Shown here in pieces: positions 12,507-24,607 of a stretch of 64,000 bases of DNA. The stretch lies in the NCBI GenBank assembly GCA_964016885.1, contig OZ024741.1:141546001-141610000 (forward strand). Direction: 5' to 3'. Made by a program: the position numbers and the translations under genes. The stretch comes from Eledone cirrhosa. Its lineage: Eukaryota. The notes under the pieces are model-generated. The model was not told where the DNA came from, ran no database searches, and saw nothing but the letters and a program-made list of their open reading frames with translations. Each line of letters begins with the position of its first letter. Positions within the stretch are counted from its first letter, which is position 1.

Positions 12507-15186
12507 AGTTGCATTTATCTTGCTTTATGTTCATACGAGTTATCACCAAATCACAACCAGTGACCTCAAGAGACAACAAGGTCCGCCATGTTCAAGAAAG
12601 CACATACATACTCACACATGCATCTTTAGTGTTTAGACTTGTGATGTACTTATATTGACAGAATCTTCCTTAGTATATGGGCAGTTCCCATTAGTACTAT
12701 CTTTTGTATTTCTCCTATACGCGGGTTTCTTGGGATTTGCGATAACTAATCATTAGACCCCTTAGGTATCATTCCCAGAGCGCCTACAACCACTGGTATT
12801 GTTTTAGTTCTCAATTTCCACATTTTTCCAATTTTTATCTCCAGGTCCTTATACTTGCTCAATTCTTCAAATGTTTTTATAGATACATTCTTGTCTATTG
12901 GAACAGACATATCAATTAGCAGGCATACCCTCTTTTTAAAGTCCTTCAATATTACATCAGGTCTATTTGCATCTATTTCTCGGTCTGTTTGGATGCTAAA
13001 GTTCCACAAGATTGAGGTGTGATCTTTTTCAAGTATGGGATGTGGTTGATGCTCCCACCAATTCTTTTGATGGGGCAGGTCAAAATGCTTACACATTATC
13101 CAATGTATGTATTGTTTAGCTCTGTCATGCCTGTTTAGGTATTCGGTTGGAGCTATAGGACTGCACATTGAAATTATATGGCCAATGGTCTCCGGTTGTT
13201 TTTTGCATACACGGCATAATGGGCTGCATCCATTTTTTATTATGTTGGCTTGGTAATTTTTTGTTGGCAGACACTGATCTTGTGCTGATATAATCAGTCC
13301 TTCAGTCTCCGATTTCAGTCCAAGGGATGCCAACCACTGATGGGTTAAAGTTTTGTCAACATCAGGATTGTTAGCTCGCTCTGGGTATTTTCCATACAGA
13401 GGCTTTTCTTGCCATTTCTTAACCAGTTTCTGTGGCAGTTCTTTCTTTGCAGTTAATTTTACCTGTTTTGCTTTTTCTGTGTTTTCCATTTCAGCCGCAA
13501 ATGGGACTTATGAAATTTGTAGTCCATTACTGTATCTTTGTGCATCTTTTGTAATAGAATATGATCTTTTGATGCTTTCGTGTTTCAAAACGAGTTTGAT
13601 CATCCAATCATGTGATTCCCTTAGATATGTAGATAATCCAATTGTTGCAGTTTTCAACGCAATGTCTAACTGGATTAACCCACGTCCTCCTTCTTTCCTA
13701 GGGAGATATATTCTATCTGTATCTGCCTTAGGGTGATGCATTCTGTGCATGGTTAAGAATTTTCGAATTTTTGTATCGAGCCTACGGATCTCTGTGCTTG
13801 ACCAGTTGATGACATTGTAACTGTAGGTTACTACTGATATGGCAAGTGTGTTTATGGCATCGATCCTATTCCTTGCATTCAATTACGTTCTTAAGATTGC
13901 TCTTACTCTGCGGTAACATTCCTTCCTCATCCTTTCCCTCATTGTCGAGTGCTTGATTTCGTCTTCTTCACAAACACCTAGATATTTGTAAGTTTTTTCT
14001 TGATCAAGTTCTCTTATCACGTTCCCCCGAGCAAGATTAATGTCTGAACTCTTCAGCAGCTTTCCTCTGGTGAACGTTGCTTTGGCGCATTTATCTAGTC
14101 CAAACTCCATTTTAATGTCATCACTGAACTGCTCCACAGTGGATAATAGCCCTTGCAATTGTTCATCATTTTTTGGAAATAGTTTCAGGTCATCCATGTA
14201 GAACAAGTGATTAATGGTTTTGTCATAGACTTTATATCCATGTTTTGTTTCATTGAGCATTTTACTTAATGGTATAAGTGCGATGCAGAATAAAAGCGGT
14301 GATAAAGAGTCACCCTGAAAAATTCCACAATTAATATTAACTTCTCCAGCTTCCAGTGATTTTGTTTCACTATTCAAAAGGAGTGTCGTTTTCCATGTCT
14401 TCATACTGAATGACAAAAACCTCCTGACAACGGGGGATATATTGAAAATCTCTAAACATTTTTCAATCCAACTATGTGGCAAACTATCGAATGCTTTTTT
14501 ATAATCTATCCAAGCAATCGATAGATTTTTGTGTCTATTATGACAATCTTCCAGTATCATTTTGTTAACCAAAAGTTGATCCTTACAGCCATATGAGCCT
14601 CGTTTACACCGTTTCTGCTCAATGGGAAATATGTCATTTGTTATCAGGTGGTCATATGTGTATTCAGTTAGGACTGATGTTAAAATTTTATACATTGTGG
14701 TCAAGCAAGTTATCGGTCTGTAATATTTTTGGGATTGTTTGTCTCATCATTCTTCGGTAGCAGGAATGTAATACCGTAAACTAGCCATGATGGTATCTTT
14801 TCTGGCTCCTTAACTATTTCATTGTAAAGTTGGGCTAACAGCTCATGAGACTCTGTGAAGGCATTTATCCAAAAGTTTTGTATTTTGTCTTTTCCTGTGG
14901 ATTTCCATTTGCTGGTTTTTCTTAGAGCCAAGCGCAACTGTTCAACTGTTATATTTTTCCATATTTGTTCCTCAAGGTGAGCTGTACCTTTCATTTATCT
15001 GTCTATCCATGGGACATGTATGTTATGAACTTTTTCTTCGGCCCAGATCTTTTCCCAGAATTCTTGCACTTCTTCCTTGGGTGGTATTGATTTAGCAGTT
15101 ATTGTTGACTTACCAATTTTTCTGTAGAAGTTTCTTTGGTTGTTTTTGAACATATTATTGTCGGTTTTTTTTAACATATTATTGTC
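12506..15186 (-). mobile_element. R4/Dong family B, 5'-truncated and defective (copy B1)
   Basis: RT motifs WIDYKKAFD, GIFQGDSLSPLLF and YMDD; CCHC CRVC...HIISMC; RHD; RPDVILKD restriction-like endonuclease. Several stops/frameshifts; (TAA)n at both ends. Confidence 0.93.
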
Positions 15187-15204
15187 TTATTATTATTATT
15201 ATTA

Positions 15205-17940
15205 CAGTTGCAGTTATCTTGCTTTATGTTCATACGAGTTATCACCAAGTCAAAACCAGTGACCTCAAGAGACAACAAGGTCCGCCATGTTCAAGAAAGA
15301 ACATACATATTCACACATGCATCTTTAGTGTTTAGACTTGTGATGTATTTATATTGACAGAATCTTCCTTAGTATATGGGCAGTTCCCATTAGTACTATC
15401 TTTTGTATTTCTCCTATACGCGGGTTTCCTGGGATTTGCGATAACTAATCATTAGACCCCTTAGGTATCATTCCCAGAGCGCCTACAACCACTGGTATTG
15501 TTTTAGTTCTCAATTTCCACATTTTTCCAATTTCTATCTCCAGGTCCTTATACTTGCTCAATTTTTCAAATGTTTTTATAGATACATTCTTGTCTATTGG
15601 AACAGACATATCAATTAGCAGACATACCCTCTTTTGAAAGTCTTTCAATATTATATCAGGTCTGATTGCATCTATTTTTCGGTCTGTTTGGATGGTAAAG
15701 TTCCACAAGATTGAGATGTGATTTTTTCAAGTATGGGAGGTGGTTGATGCTCCCACCAATTCTTTTGATGGGGCAGGTCAAAATGCTTACACATTATCCA
15801 ATGTATGTATTGTGCAGCTCTGTCATGCCTGTTTAGGTATTCGGTTGGAGCTATAGGACTGCACATTGAAATTATATGGTCAATGGTCTCTGGTTGTTTT
15901 TTGCATACACGGCATAATGGGCTGCACTCATTGTTTATTATGTTGGCTTGGTAATTTTTTGTTGGCAGACACTGATCTTGTGCCGATATAATCAGTCCTT
16001 CAGTCTCCGATTTCAGTCCAGAGGATGCCAACCACTGATGGGTTAAAGTTTTGTCAACATCAGGATTGTTAGCTCGCTCTGGGTATTTTCCATACAGAGG
16101 CTTTTCTTGCCATTTCTTAGCCAGTTTCTGTAGCAGTTCTTTCTTTGCAGTTACTTTTACCTGCTTTGCTTTTTCTGTGTTTTCCATTTCAGCAGTAAAT
16201 GGGACTTCTGAAATTTGTAGTCCATTACTGTATCTTTGTGCATCTTTTGTAATGGAATATGATCTTTTGGTGCTTTCGCGTTTCAAAACGAGTTTGATCA
16301 TCCAATCATGTGATTCCCTTAGATATGTGGATAATCCAATTGTTGCAGTTTTCAACGCAATGTCTAACTGGATTAACCCACGTCCTCCTTCTTTCCTAGG
16401 GAGATATATTCTATCTATGTCTGCCTTAGGGTGATGCATTCTGTGCATGGTTAAGAATTTTCGGATTTTTGTATCGAGCCTACGGATCTCTGTGCTTGAC
16501 CAGTTGATGACATTGTAACTGTAGGTTACTACTGGTCTGGCAAGCATGTTTATGGCATCGATCCTATTCCTTGCATTCAATTCCGTTCTTAAGATTGCTC
16601 TGACTCTGCGGTAACATTCCTTCCTTATCCTTTCCCTCATTGTCGAGTGCTTGATTCCGTCTCCTTCACAAACACCTAGATATTTGTAAGTTTTTTCTTG
16701 ATCAAGCTCTCTTATCACGTTCCCCCGATCAAGATTAATGTCTGAACTCTTCAGCTGCTTTCCTCTGGTGAACGTTGCTTTGGCGCATTTATCCAGTCCA
16801 AACTCCATTTTAATGTCATCACTGAACTGCTTCACAGTGGATAATAGCCCTTGCAATTGTTCATCATTTTTTGGAAATAGTTTCAGGTCATCCATGTAGA
16901 ACAGGTGATTAATGGTTTTGTCATAGACTCTATATCCATGTTTTGTTTCATTGAGCATTTTACTTAATGGTATAAGTGCGATGCAGAATAAAAGCGGTGA
17001 TAAAGAGTCACCCTGAAAAATTCCACAATTAATATTAACTTCTCCAGCTTCCAGTGATTTTGTTTGACTATTCAAAAGGAGTCTCGTTCTGCATGTCTTC
17101 ATACTGAATGATAAAAACCTCCTGACAACGGGGGATATTTTGAAAATCTCTAAACATTTTTCAATCCAACTGTGTGGCAAACTATCGAATGCTTTTTTAT
17201 AATCTATCCAAGCAATCGATAGATTTTTGTGTCTATTATGACAATCTTCCAGTATCATTTTGTTAACCAGAAGCTGATCCTTACAGCCATATGAGCCTCG
17301 TTTACACCCTTTCTGCTCAATGGGAAATAGGTCATTTGTTATCAGGTGGTCATATGTGTATTCAGTTAGGACTGATGTTAAAATTTTATACATTGTGGTC
17401 AAGCAGGTTATCGGTCTGTAATTTTTGGGATTGTTTGTCTCATCATTCTTCGGTAGCAGGAATGTAATGCCGTTAACTAGCCATGATCGTATCTTTTCTG
17501 GCTCCTTAACTATTTCATTGTAAAGTTGGGCTAACAGCTCATGAGACTCTGTGAAGGCATTTATCCAAAAGTTTTGTATTTTGTCTTTTCCTGTGGATTT
17601 CCATTTGCTGGTTTTTCTTAGAGCCAAGCGCAACTGTTCAACTGTTATATTTTCCCATGTTTGTTCTTCAAGGTGAGCTGTATCTTTCATTTGTCTGTCT
17701 ATCCATGGGGCATGTATGTTATGAACTTTTTCTTCGGCCCAGATCTTTTCCCAGAATTCTTGCACTTCCTCCTTGGCTGGTATTGATTTAGCAGTTATTG
17801 TTGACTTACCAATTTTTCTGTAGAAGTTTCTTTGGTTGTTTTTGAACATATTATTGTCCTTATAGAATCTAGATCGTTTTTCAAAGCGCCTTATACGAGC
17901 AGCTTTGGCCGACACTTTTTTGCTTGATTTTATTTTTTTT
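15205..17940 (-). mobile_element. R4/Dong family B, 5'-truncated (copy B2)
   Basis: Close paralog of B1; long open RT frame 15672-17987, frameshift near 15720, premature TAG at 15445; (TAA)n at both ends. Confidence 0.93.
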
Positions 17941-17970
17941 ATTATTATTATTATTATTGTTATTGTTATT

Positions 17971-20900
17971 CCTTGAATCTCAGTCATTGATGTTGGTTAA
18001 CTGGAAAGTCCGTTGGATTGAATATCAAGCCACTACCTGCAGCCTCAGATATTCAGGACGTATCGGAGGGTTCTTGCCGTTCCAAGCAAGCATGCCTTTT
18101 GAAGCGTTCCAAAAAGCGTGAAGGGGCCGATTTTCTTTAACCATCCCTGGAAACCTTTGGAGATAGTCCCCAGTGCGCCTATGACAATCGGGATCACTTT
18201 GACTTCATGGCAGTTCCAAATCCTTTTCACCTCCCACTTTAGGTCCTGGTATCGGTTAATTTTCTCCCTCTCCTTCTCTTGCACTCTCGTGTCGAACGGG
18301 CAGGCCACATCCACAATCAGGCACGATCTTTTTTCTTTGTCCACAACCACCAGGTCAGGTCTATTGTGTTCCAGTTTTTTGTCCGTCTGTATCCTAAAAT
18401 CCCACAGCACCTTCACCTGACTGTTCTCCATCACCGCCTCTGGCCTATGCTCATACCATTTCTCAGAATGTGGTAGATTGTTTACTTTGCACAGGTGCCA
18501 GTGGATCACCCTGCCCATCACATCGTGTCTCCAGCCCTTATAGTGGGTCTGGGCTAGGTGTTTACACTCGGACACAATGTGAGCCACAGTCTCCTCTCTC
18601 TCTCCACAGATCCTGCACAGTGGGCTAGCCTCCTCCTTGTAGATATGGTGCTTCAACCACTTCGTTTTGAGGGCCTGCTCCTGCGCAGCCATTAGCATTC
18701 CTTCTGTAGCCTTTTTGAGGTCTCCTCTTCTCAACCAGTTCCATGTCTGTGGATCTCTAAATTCAGTTTTCTCAAAGAAGGTACTATGAAGGGATTTTCC
18801 CTTAAGGCTGCTCTTCCTCCTTGATGTTATTTCCTCCTTGGGTATCCCCTGGCCTACTGTCCCCTCCTTCAGTACAGCTCTGAGCATTGGCTCCTTACTA
18901 TAGGTCACGTATTTGTATAGGTTGTTTTTCTCCATCTGAACACAGTCCTCTATGCTGATAAGACCTCTTCCACCCTCAGATCTCCTTAGGTAGAGTCTAT
19001 CGACATCACTCCTCTTGTGGAACATGTTGTAGATAGTCAATAGCTTCCTAGTCTTCCTATCCATTTCTTTTTGTTCAGCAACATTCCATCTCAGAATTCC
19101 CGCACTGTACCTAATAATAGACACAGCTCGGGAATTTACTGCGCTTATGGCATTTCTGCTGTTCAGATGTGACTTCAATACGCTCCTTACTCTCCGAATG
19201 TATTCAGTTCTTAACAATTCCTTCATTTTTTTGTTCTTTATGCCATCAGCCTCCAGAACGCCCAAATACTTGTATCCTTCCTCAGAGTCAATTTCCTTTA
19301 TCATCTCACCTGTTGGTATCTGGATCCCGTTACTTCTGCTCAACCTACCCCTCCTCATCACAATGACTCCACATTTACCAATACCAAACTGCATACATAT
19401 ATCACTGCTGAAAATACGGACAGTGTCAACAAGCACATCCAACTCCTTCTCACTTTTCCCGAAGAGCTTAAGATCGTCCATGAAGAGGAGGTGATTGATG
19501 GTAAGCTCTCCCCTTCCCAACTTGTATCCTGCTCTCACTTTTCGCAGCATAATGGTCAAGGGCATCAGGGCAAGGACAAACAACAGAGGGGACAGGCTAT
19601 CTCCCTGGAAGATACCTCTCTTGATCTTCACGCTTCCCAAGGATACTCCAGTTGATGTCAACTCTGTCTCCCAGGACCCCATACTCCTGCCCAGCAACTG
19701 TCTGATGTTATCTGCCACCCTGAAGATCTCCAGGCTTTTGGTGATCCAGGAATGAGGCACCATGTCAAATGCCTTTCTGTAGTCTATCCATCCCATGGCA
19801 AGATCAGTGTGTCTCCTCCTGCAATTCCCCATTACCATCTTATCAATAAGCAACTGGTCCTTTGTACCACGTGACTTCTTTCGGCATCCTTTCTGTTCGT
19901 CCGGCAACAAGTTGTTTGTGTGGAGGTGATGGTAGATTTCCTCAGACACAATGCTCGTCAACAGTTTCCACATTACGGGCAGACATGTGATAGGTCTATA
20001 GTTGGTAACATCATTACCCTTGATTCGGTCTTTCATTATCAGAACTGTGGTACCTTTTGTCAACCACTCTGGCACCTCACCCGACACCAAGCAGTCATTG
20101 AACATGGCCGTCAGCTTCGGGTGGAGGGATGTTAAATGTTTAATCCAATACCCCTGCACACCATCTGGGCCTGGTGATTTCCAGTTGGTTAGTTTTTTGG
20201 CTTGCCCCTTAAGAGTTTCAACTGTGATACTCAAATCAGTCTGTTGCTGTGCCTGCTCACCGATCTCCCTCTGTACTGTCTCAATCCACCCTGCCTGGGC
20301 ATTGTGTCTAACATCCTGCTCCCATATTCCTCTCCAGAATGTTTTAGCTTGTTCCGCCCCAGGGATCAAGTCGGTGCCTCTTTCTTTCCCCTCAAGCTGT
20401 CCAAACAGCATCTTCTGGTTGTTGTCGAACATGCGGTTCTGTTTATACTGACTGACTCTGTTCTCGTATCGCCTGATTTTGGCACTCTTTGCTACAATGC
20501 GTTGCTTCAATTCCTCTATGATAATATTTAGCTTTTTACTCCTAGTTTTGTATTTTATTTCCAGTCTATTTTTAGTGCCTATGTTTTTTAGTGTCCCATT
20601 CAGTAGTGACTCATGCTTTCCTATGTCATTTCTCATTTCCCCGATTTGCCCACTCAGTCGCTTCTTCCACCACGGCTCTGCTCTTTCTTGTCTGTTGTTT
20701 CCTCTCGCTTTTATACCAAGTAGTTTCCTCACCGTATTTGCTGTTGCTTTGAGGATATTGTTGCACTGGTGAAGACTCCTCGCCTCAAGGTATGGGATGA
20801 CTTTGTTTACCTTAGCTGTTGTTTCTTTTAACTTTTTCCTGTCTACAAATCTTAGGTTCATAGGTCTCCCACTATCATTGTTCAACTCATCTACCACTAA

Positions 20901-21452
20901 ATTTAGGATGTCAACCGAATCTTGTCCTAGCCCGTCAGCATTCATCTCCTCAGTGGCCGTATCTCTGTTCCAGGTATTATTTATCTCAGTATTCAGATCA
21001 TTGTCTGCTTCGGGTGGTTCCTCCGCTCTCAGGACCTCCTCACCTTCATTTCCCGCCGGCTCGCTTGTCTGGCATACCACACCCGCCATCTCCAAGCCAT
21101 TCTCTCTGCTCAGTTCCTCCAGTTCCAGCTCGCTTATCCACCCATTAGTTCTTATTACCCGAGCCTGCCCGGCCAATTTTTGTTCATCTAATTTAAATAA
21201 ACCAATCTCGTTCCAGATGTTATGCATCCGTCTCCTGTAGCCCCTCTCCTTGGGGTTACTTTTCAGGTAGCATTGCATAACAGTTCTATTCAATTCTTTC
21301 GTCCAGTTGGTTCTGGCCCCTTTCCTTCTTCTTCTTCCTCCAACATCAGCAGTATTTCGTTGACAGTCAGGTTCCTGCTGCTGAGCCAGGGGGCACCTGT
21401 TGGGTGAGAGTCTGTCACATGACGTTCTAGTCTCCATTTCACCGTTATTCGA
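17971..21452 (-). mobile_element. R4/Dong family A, near full length with intact ORF (copy A1)
   Basis: Flanked by (TAA)n on both sides; lacks only about 55 nt of the 5' end seen in copies A2 and A3; 3' UTR about 75 nt. Confidence 0.95.
18045..21437 (-). CDS. Reverse transcriptase + CCHC zinc knuckle + restriction-like (PD-D/ExK) endonuclease of an R4/Dong retrotransposon, 1130 aa from METRTS
   Basis: YRPITCL, QKGC, WIDYRKAFD, GIFQGDSLSPLLF, FMDD, YKYLG, CRICGEREETVAHIVSEC, RHD, RPDLVVVD...IVDVACP and KINRYQDL; no stops. The first 80 aa of the 1210-aa ORF call come from upstream flanking DNA. Confidence 0.93.
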   Translation of the reverse strand: METRTSCDRLSPNRCPLAQQQEPDCQRNTADVGGRRRRKGARTNWTKELNRTVMQCYLKSNPKERGYRRRMHNIWNEIGLFKLDEQKLAGQARVIRTNGWISELELEELSRENGLEMAGVVCQTSEPAGNEGEEVLRAEEPPEADNDLNTEINNTWNRDTATEEMNADGLGQDSVDILNLVVDELNNDSGRPMNLRFVDRKKLKETTAKVNKVIPYLEARSLHQCNNILKATANTVRKLLGIKARGNNRQERAEPWWKKRLSGQIGEMRNDIGKHESLLNGTLKNIGTKNRLEIKYKTRSKKLNIIIEELKQRIVAKSAKIRRYENRVSQYKQNRMFDNNQKMLFGQLEGKERGTDLIPGAEQAKTFWRGIWEQDVRHNAQAGWIETVQREIGEQAQQQTDLSITVETLKGQAKKLTNWKSPGPDGVQGYWIKHLTSLHPKLTAMFNDCLVSGEVPEWLTKGTTVLIMKDRIKGNDVTNYRPITCLPVMWKLLTSIVSEEIYHHLHTNNLLPDEQKGCRKKSRGTKDQLLIDKMVMGNCRRRHTDLAMGWIDYRKAFDMVPHSWITKSLEIFRVADNIRQLLGRSMGSWETELTSTGVSLGSVKIKRGIFQGDSLSPLLFVLALMPLTIMLRKVRAGYKLGRGELTINHLLFMDDLKLFGKSEKELDVLVDTVRIFSSDICMQFGIGKCGVIVMRRGRLSRSNGIQIPTGEMIKEIDSEEGYKYLGVLEADGIKNKKMKELLRTEYIRRVRSVLKSHLNSRNAISAVNSRAVSIIRYSAGILRWNVAEQKEMDRKTRKLLTIYNMFHKRSDVDRLYLRRSEGGRGLISIEDCVQMEKNNLYKYVTYSKEPMLRAVLKEGTVGQGIPKEEITSRRKSSLKGKSLHSTFFEKTEFRDPQTWNWLRRGDLKKATEGMLMAAQEQALKTKWLKHHIYKEEASPLCRICGEREETVAHIVSECKHLAQTHYKGWRHDVMGRVIHWHLCKVNNLPHSEKWYEHRPEAVMENSQVKVLWDFRIQTDKKLEHNRPDLVVVDKEKRSCLIVDVACPFDTRVQEKEREKINRYQDLKWEVKRIWNCHEVKVIPIVIGALGTISKGFQGWLKKIGPFTLFGTLQKACLLGTARTLRYVLNI

Positions 21453-21509
<57 letters not shown>

Positions 21510-21510
21510 T

Positions 21511-23697
21511 GAGTCTCGGTCATTGATGTTATTTAACTGGAAAGTTTGTTGAAATGAATATCTAGCCACTACCTGCAGCCTCAGATATTCAGGACGTATC
21601 GGAGGGTTCTTGCTGTTCCCAGCAAGCATGCCTTTTGAAGTGTTCCAAAAAGGTCTCCTCTTTTTAACCAGATCCATGTCTTAAAGAAAGTACTATGAAG
21701 GGGTTTTTCATGAAGATTGCTCTTCCTCCTTGGACATCCCCTGGACTATTGTCTTCTCCTTCAGACAAACAACAGAGGGGACAGACTATCTCCCTGGAAG
21801 AAACCTCTCTTGATCTTCACGCCTCCCAAGGATTCTCCAGCTGATGTTAACTCTGTTTTCCAGGACTTCATACTTTTTCCCAACAACTGTCTGATGTTAT
21901 CTGCCACCTTGAAGATCTCTAGGCTTTTGGTGATCCAAGAATGAGGCACCATGTCAAATGCCGTTTTGTAGTCTATCCATCCCATGGCAAGACCAGTGTG
22001 TCTCCTCTTGCAATTCCGCATTACCATCTTATCAATAAGTAACTGGTCCTTTGTACCACGGGACTTCTTTCGGCATCCTTTCTGTTCGTCCGGTAACAAG
22101 TTGTTTGTGTGGAGGTGATGGTAGATTTCCTCAGACATAATGCTTGTCAACAGTTTCCACATTACGGACAGACATATGATAGGTCTATAGTTGGTAACAT
22201 CATTACCCTTGATTCGGTCTTTCATTACCAGAACTGTGGTACCTTTTATCAACCACTCTGGTATCTCACCTGACTTCAAGTAGTCATTGAACATGGTTGT
22301 CAGTTTCGGGTGGAGGGATGTTATATTTTTAATCCAATACCCCTGCACACCATCTGGGCCTGGTGATTTCCAGTTGGTTAGTTTTTTGGCCTGCCCCTTA
22401 AGAATTTCAACTGTGATACTCAAATCAGTTTGTTGGTGTGCCTGTTCACTAATCTCCTTTTGTACTGTCTCAATCCACACTGCCTGGTCATTATGTTTAA
22501 CATCCTGCTCCCATATTCCTCTCCAGAATGTCTTAGTTTGTTCCGCCTCAGGGATCAAGTCGTTGCCTCTTTCTTTCCCTTCAAGCTGTCCAAACAGCAT
22601 CTTCTGGTTGTTGTCAAACATGCGGTTCTGTCTATACTGACTGACTCTGCTCTCGTATCGCCTAATTTTTGCACTCTTTGCTACAATGCGTTGCTTCAGT
22701 TCCTCTATGATAATATTTAGCTTTTTCCTCCTAGTTTTGTACTTTATTTCCAGTCTATTTTTAGTGTCTATGTTTTTTAGTGTCCCATTCAGTCGGGACT
22801 CAAGCTTTCCAATGTCATTTCTCATTTCCCTGATTTGACCATTCAGTCGTTTCTTCCACCAAGGCTCTGATCTTTCTTGTTTGTTGTTTCCTCTCGCTTT
22901 TATACCAAGTAATTTCCTCACCACATTTGCTGTTGCTTTGAGGATATTGTTGCACTGGTGAAGGCTCCTCGCCTCAAGGTATGGGATGACTTTGTTTACC
23001 TTAGCTGTTGTTTCTTTTAACTTTTTCCTGTCTACAAATCTTAGGTTCATAGGTTTCTCACTATCATTGTTCAATTCATCTACCACTAAGTTTAGGATAT
23101 CAACCAAATCTTGTCCTAGCCCACCAGCATTCATGTCCTCAATGGCCGTATCTTTGTTCCAGGTATTATTTATTTCAGCATTCAGATCATTGTCTGCTTC
23201 GGATGGTTCCTCCGTTCTCTCAACCTCTTCGCCTTCATTTCCCACTGGCTCGTTTTCCTGGCATACTCCACTCTCCATTTCCAAGCTAATCTCTCTGCTC
23301 AGTTCCTCCAGTTCTAGCTCGCTTATCCACCCATTAGTTCTTATTACCCGAGCCTGCCCGGCCAATTTTTGTTCATCTAACTTAAATAGACCAATCTCGT
23401 TCCAGATGTTATGCATCCGTTTCCTCTAGCCTTTCTCCTTGGGGTTACTCTTCAGGTAACATTGCATAACAGTTCTATTCAATTCTTTCGTCCAGTTGGT
23501 TGTGGTCCCTTTCCTTCTTCTTTTTCCTCCGACACCAGCAGTATTTGGTTGACAGCCAGTTCCTTGCTGCTGAGCCAGGGAGCACCTGCTGGGTGAGAGT
23601 CTGTCACATGACATTCTAGTCTCCACTTCACCGTTATTCGAACTGTTTAGGTTCGACATTTAAACACTCTTATCGAGGATTGGTGAATATATGGTTA
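21511..23697 (-). mobile_element. R4/Dong family A with intact ends and two large internal deletions (copy A2)
   Basis: 5' end carries the ATG at 23659 (MSNLNSSNNGEVETR); junctions near 21651 and 21764 skip about 600 and 700 bp relative to A1; 3' end abuts (TAA)n. Confidence 0.92.
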
Positions 23698-24037
23698 CAT
23701 AACCACCGGTGATTTTATCACTCCCGGTGATTTTTGTGTGGCACTATCACGCTGTAGACGAACATAAATAAACAAACAAACAAATAGGTAAAAAGAAAAA
23801 AAAAGAATAAGCATAAGTTTCATTGTAATGTAATGTTTGAATGTCTGACTTAGTTTTTCCCTTCCCTTCTCTGTCTGTCTGTTTGTTTTTCTTTTCATTT
23901 TCTTTACGTTTTTCGTTGTTGCTGTGCTGTTTTGATTTTGATTTTTGTTTTTTTGTTTTTTTTGACCGGGTCATCAAATCAGTCTATTTATATATTTTGA
24001 TGCCTTCCTCTTTTAGTGGGGACACTACGATGCATGT

Positions 24038-24185
24038 CTTAGCAGGAGGTAGTGGGAGAGAATAGCGGCGGTAGCGATAATGAGACAGTGGTGGTGGTGG
24101 TGGTGGTGCTGTGCTAGTAGTACTTAGCAGGAGGTAGTGGGAGAGAACAGCGGCGGTAGCGATAATGAGGCAGTGGTGGTGGTGA
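24038..24185. repeat. Tandem duplication, period about 86 bp
   Basis: CTTAGCAGGAGGTAGTGGGAGAGAA(T/C)AGCGGCGGTAGCGATAATGAG occurs twice. Confidence 0.85.
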
Positions 24186-24607
24186 TGTGATAGTAGTACT
24201 GTAGTGATGGTGTTGAAATTGAAGTAGAAATAGAAGTTGAGGTAACTTGACTAGAGTTTTTAGCGTGGTAGTGGTGGTGGTGTTGGTGGTGAAATTATCT
24301 TTCTGTCTGTCCACTTAGCCATTTAGCTATTTAGCTATTTAGCCATTTTGCCATTTTCCTCTTTTTCGACTATAACATTTCTGATCCAAAATTAAATATT
24401 AAATATTGGGGCCGTATGGGTTATGGCTTGCTGAACGTGAAAACTGTAATCTTATTGTTCATTTGTAATAAGAATTATTCTATCACAGTTGTTTTAAAGA
24501 AGTAAAAATCAAAATCTTACGGGAGCGATTCCATAACGATATATATCCACCATGTGCGTTTTCTTCCCTATATAATTATTATTAATATTATTATTGTTAT
24601 TGTTATT

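Noticed and set aside
21438-21677. N-terminal 80 aa of the 1210-aa ORF as a real domain
   Set aside because: It is the 3' end of copy A2 read out of its own frame plus (AAT)n; not part of the element.
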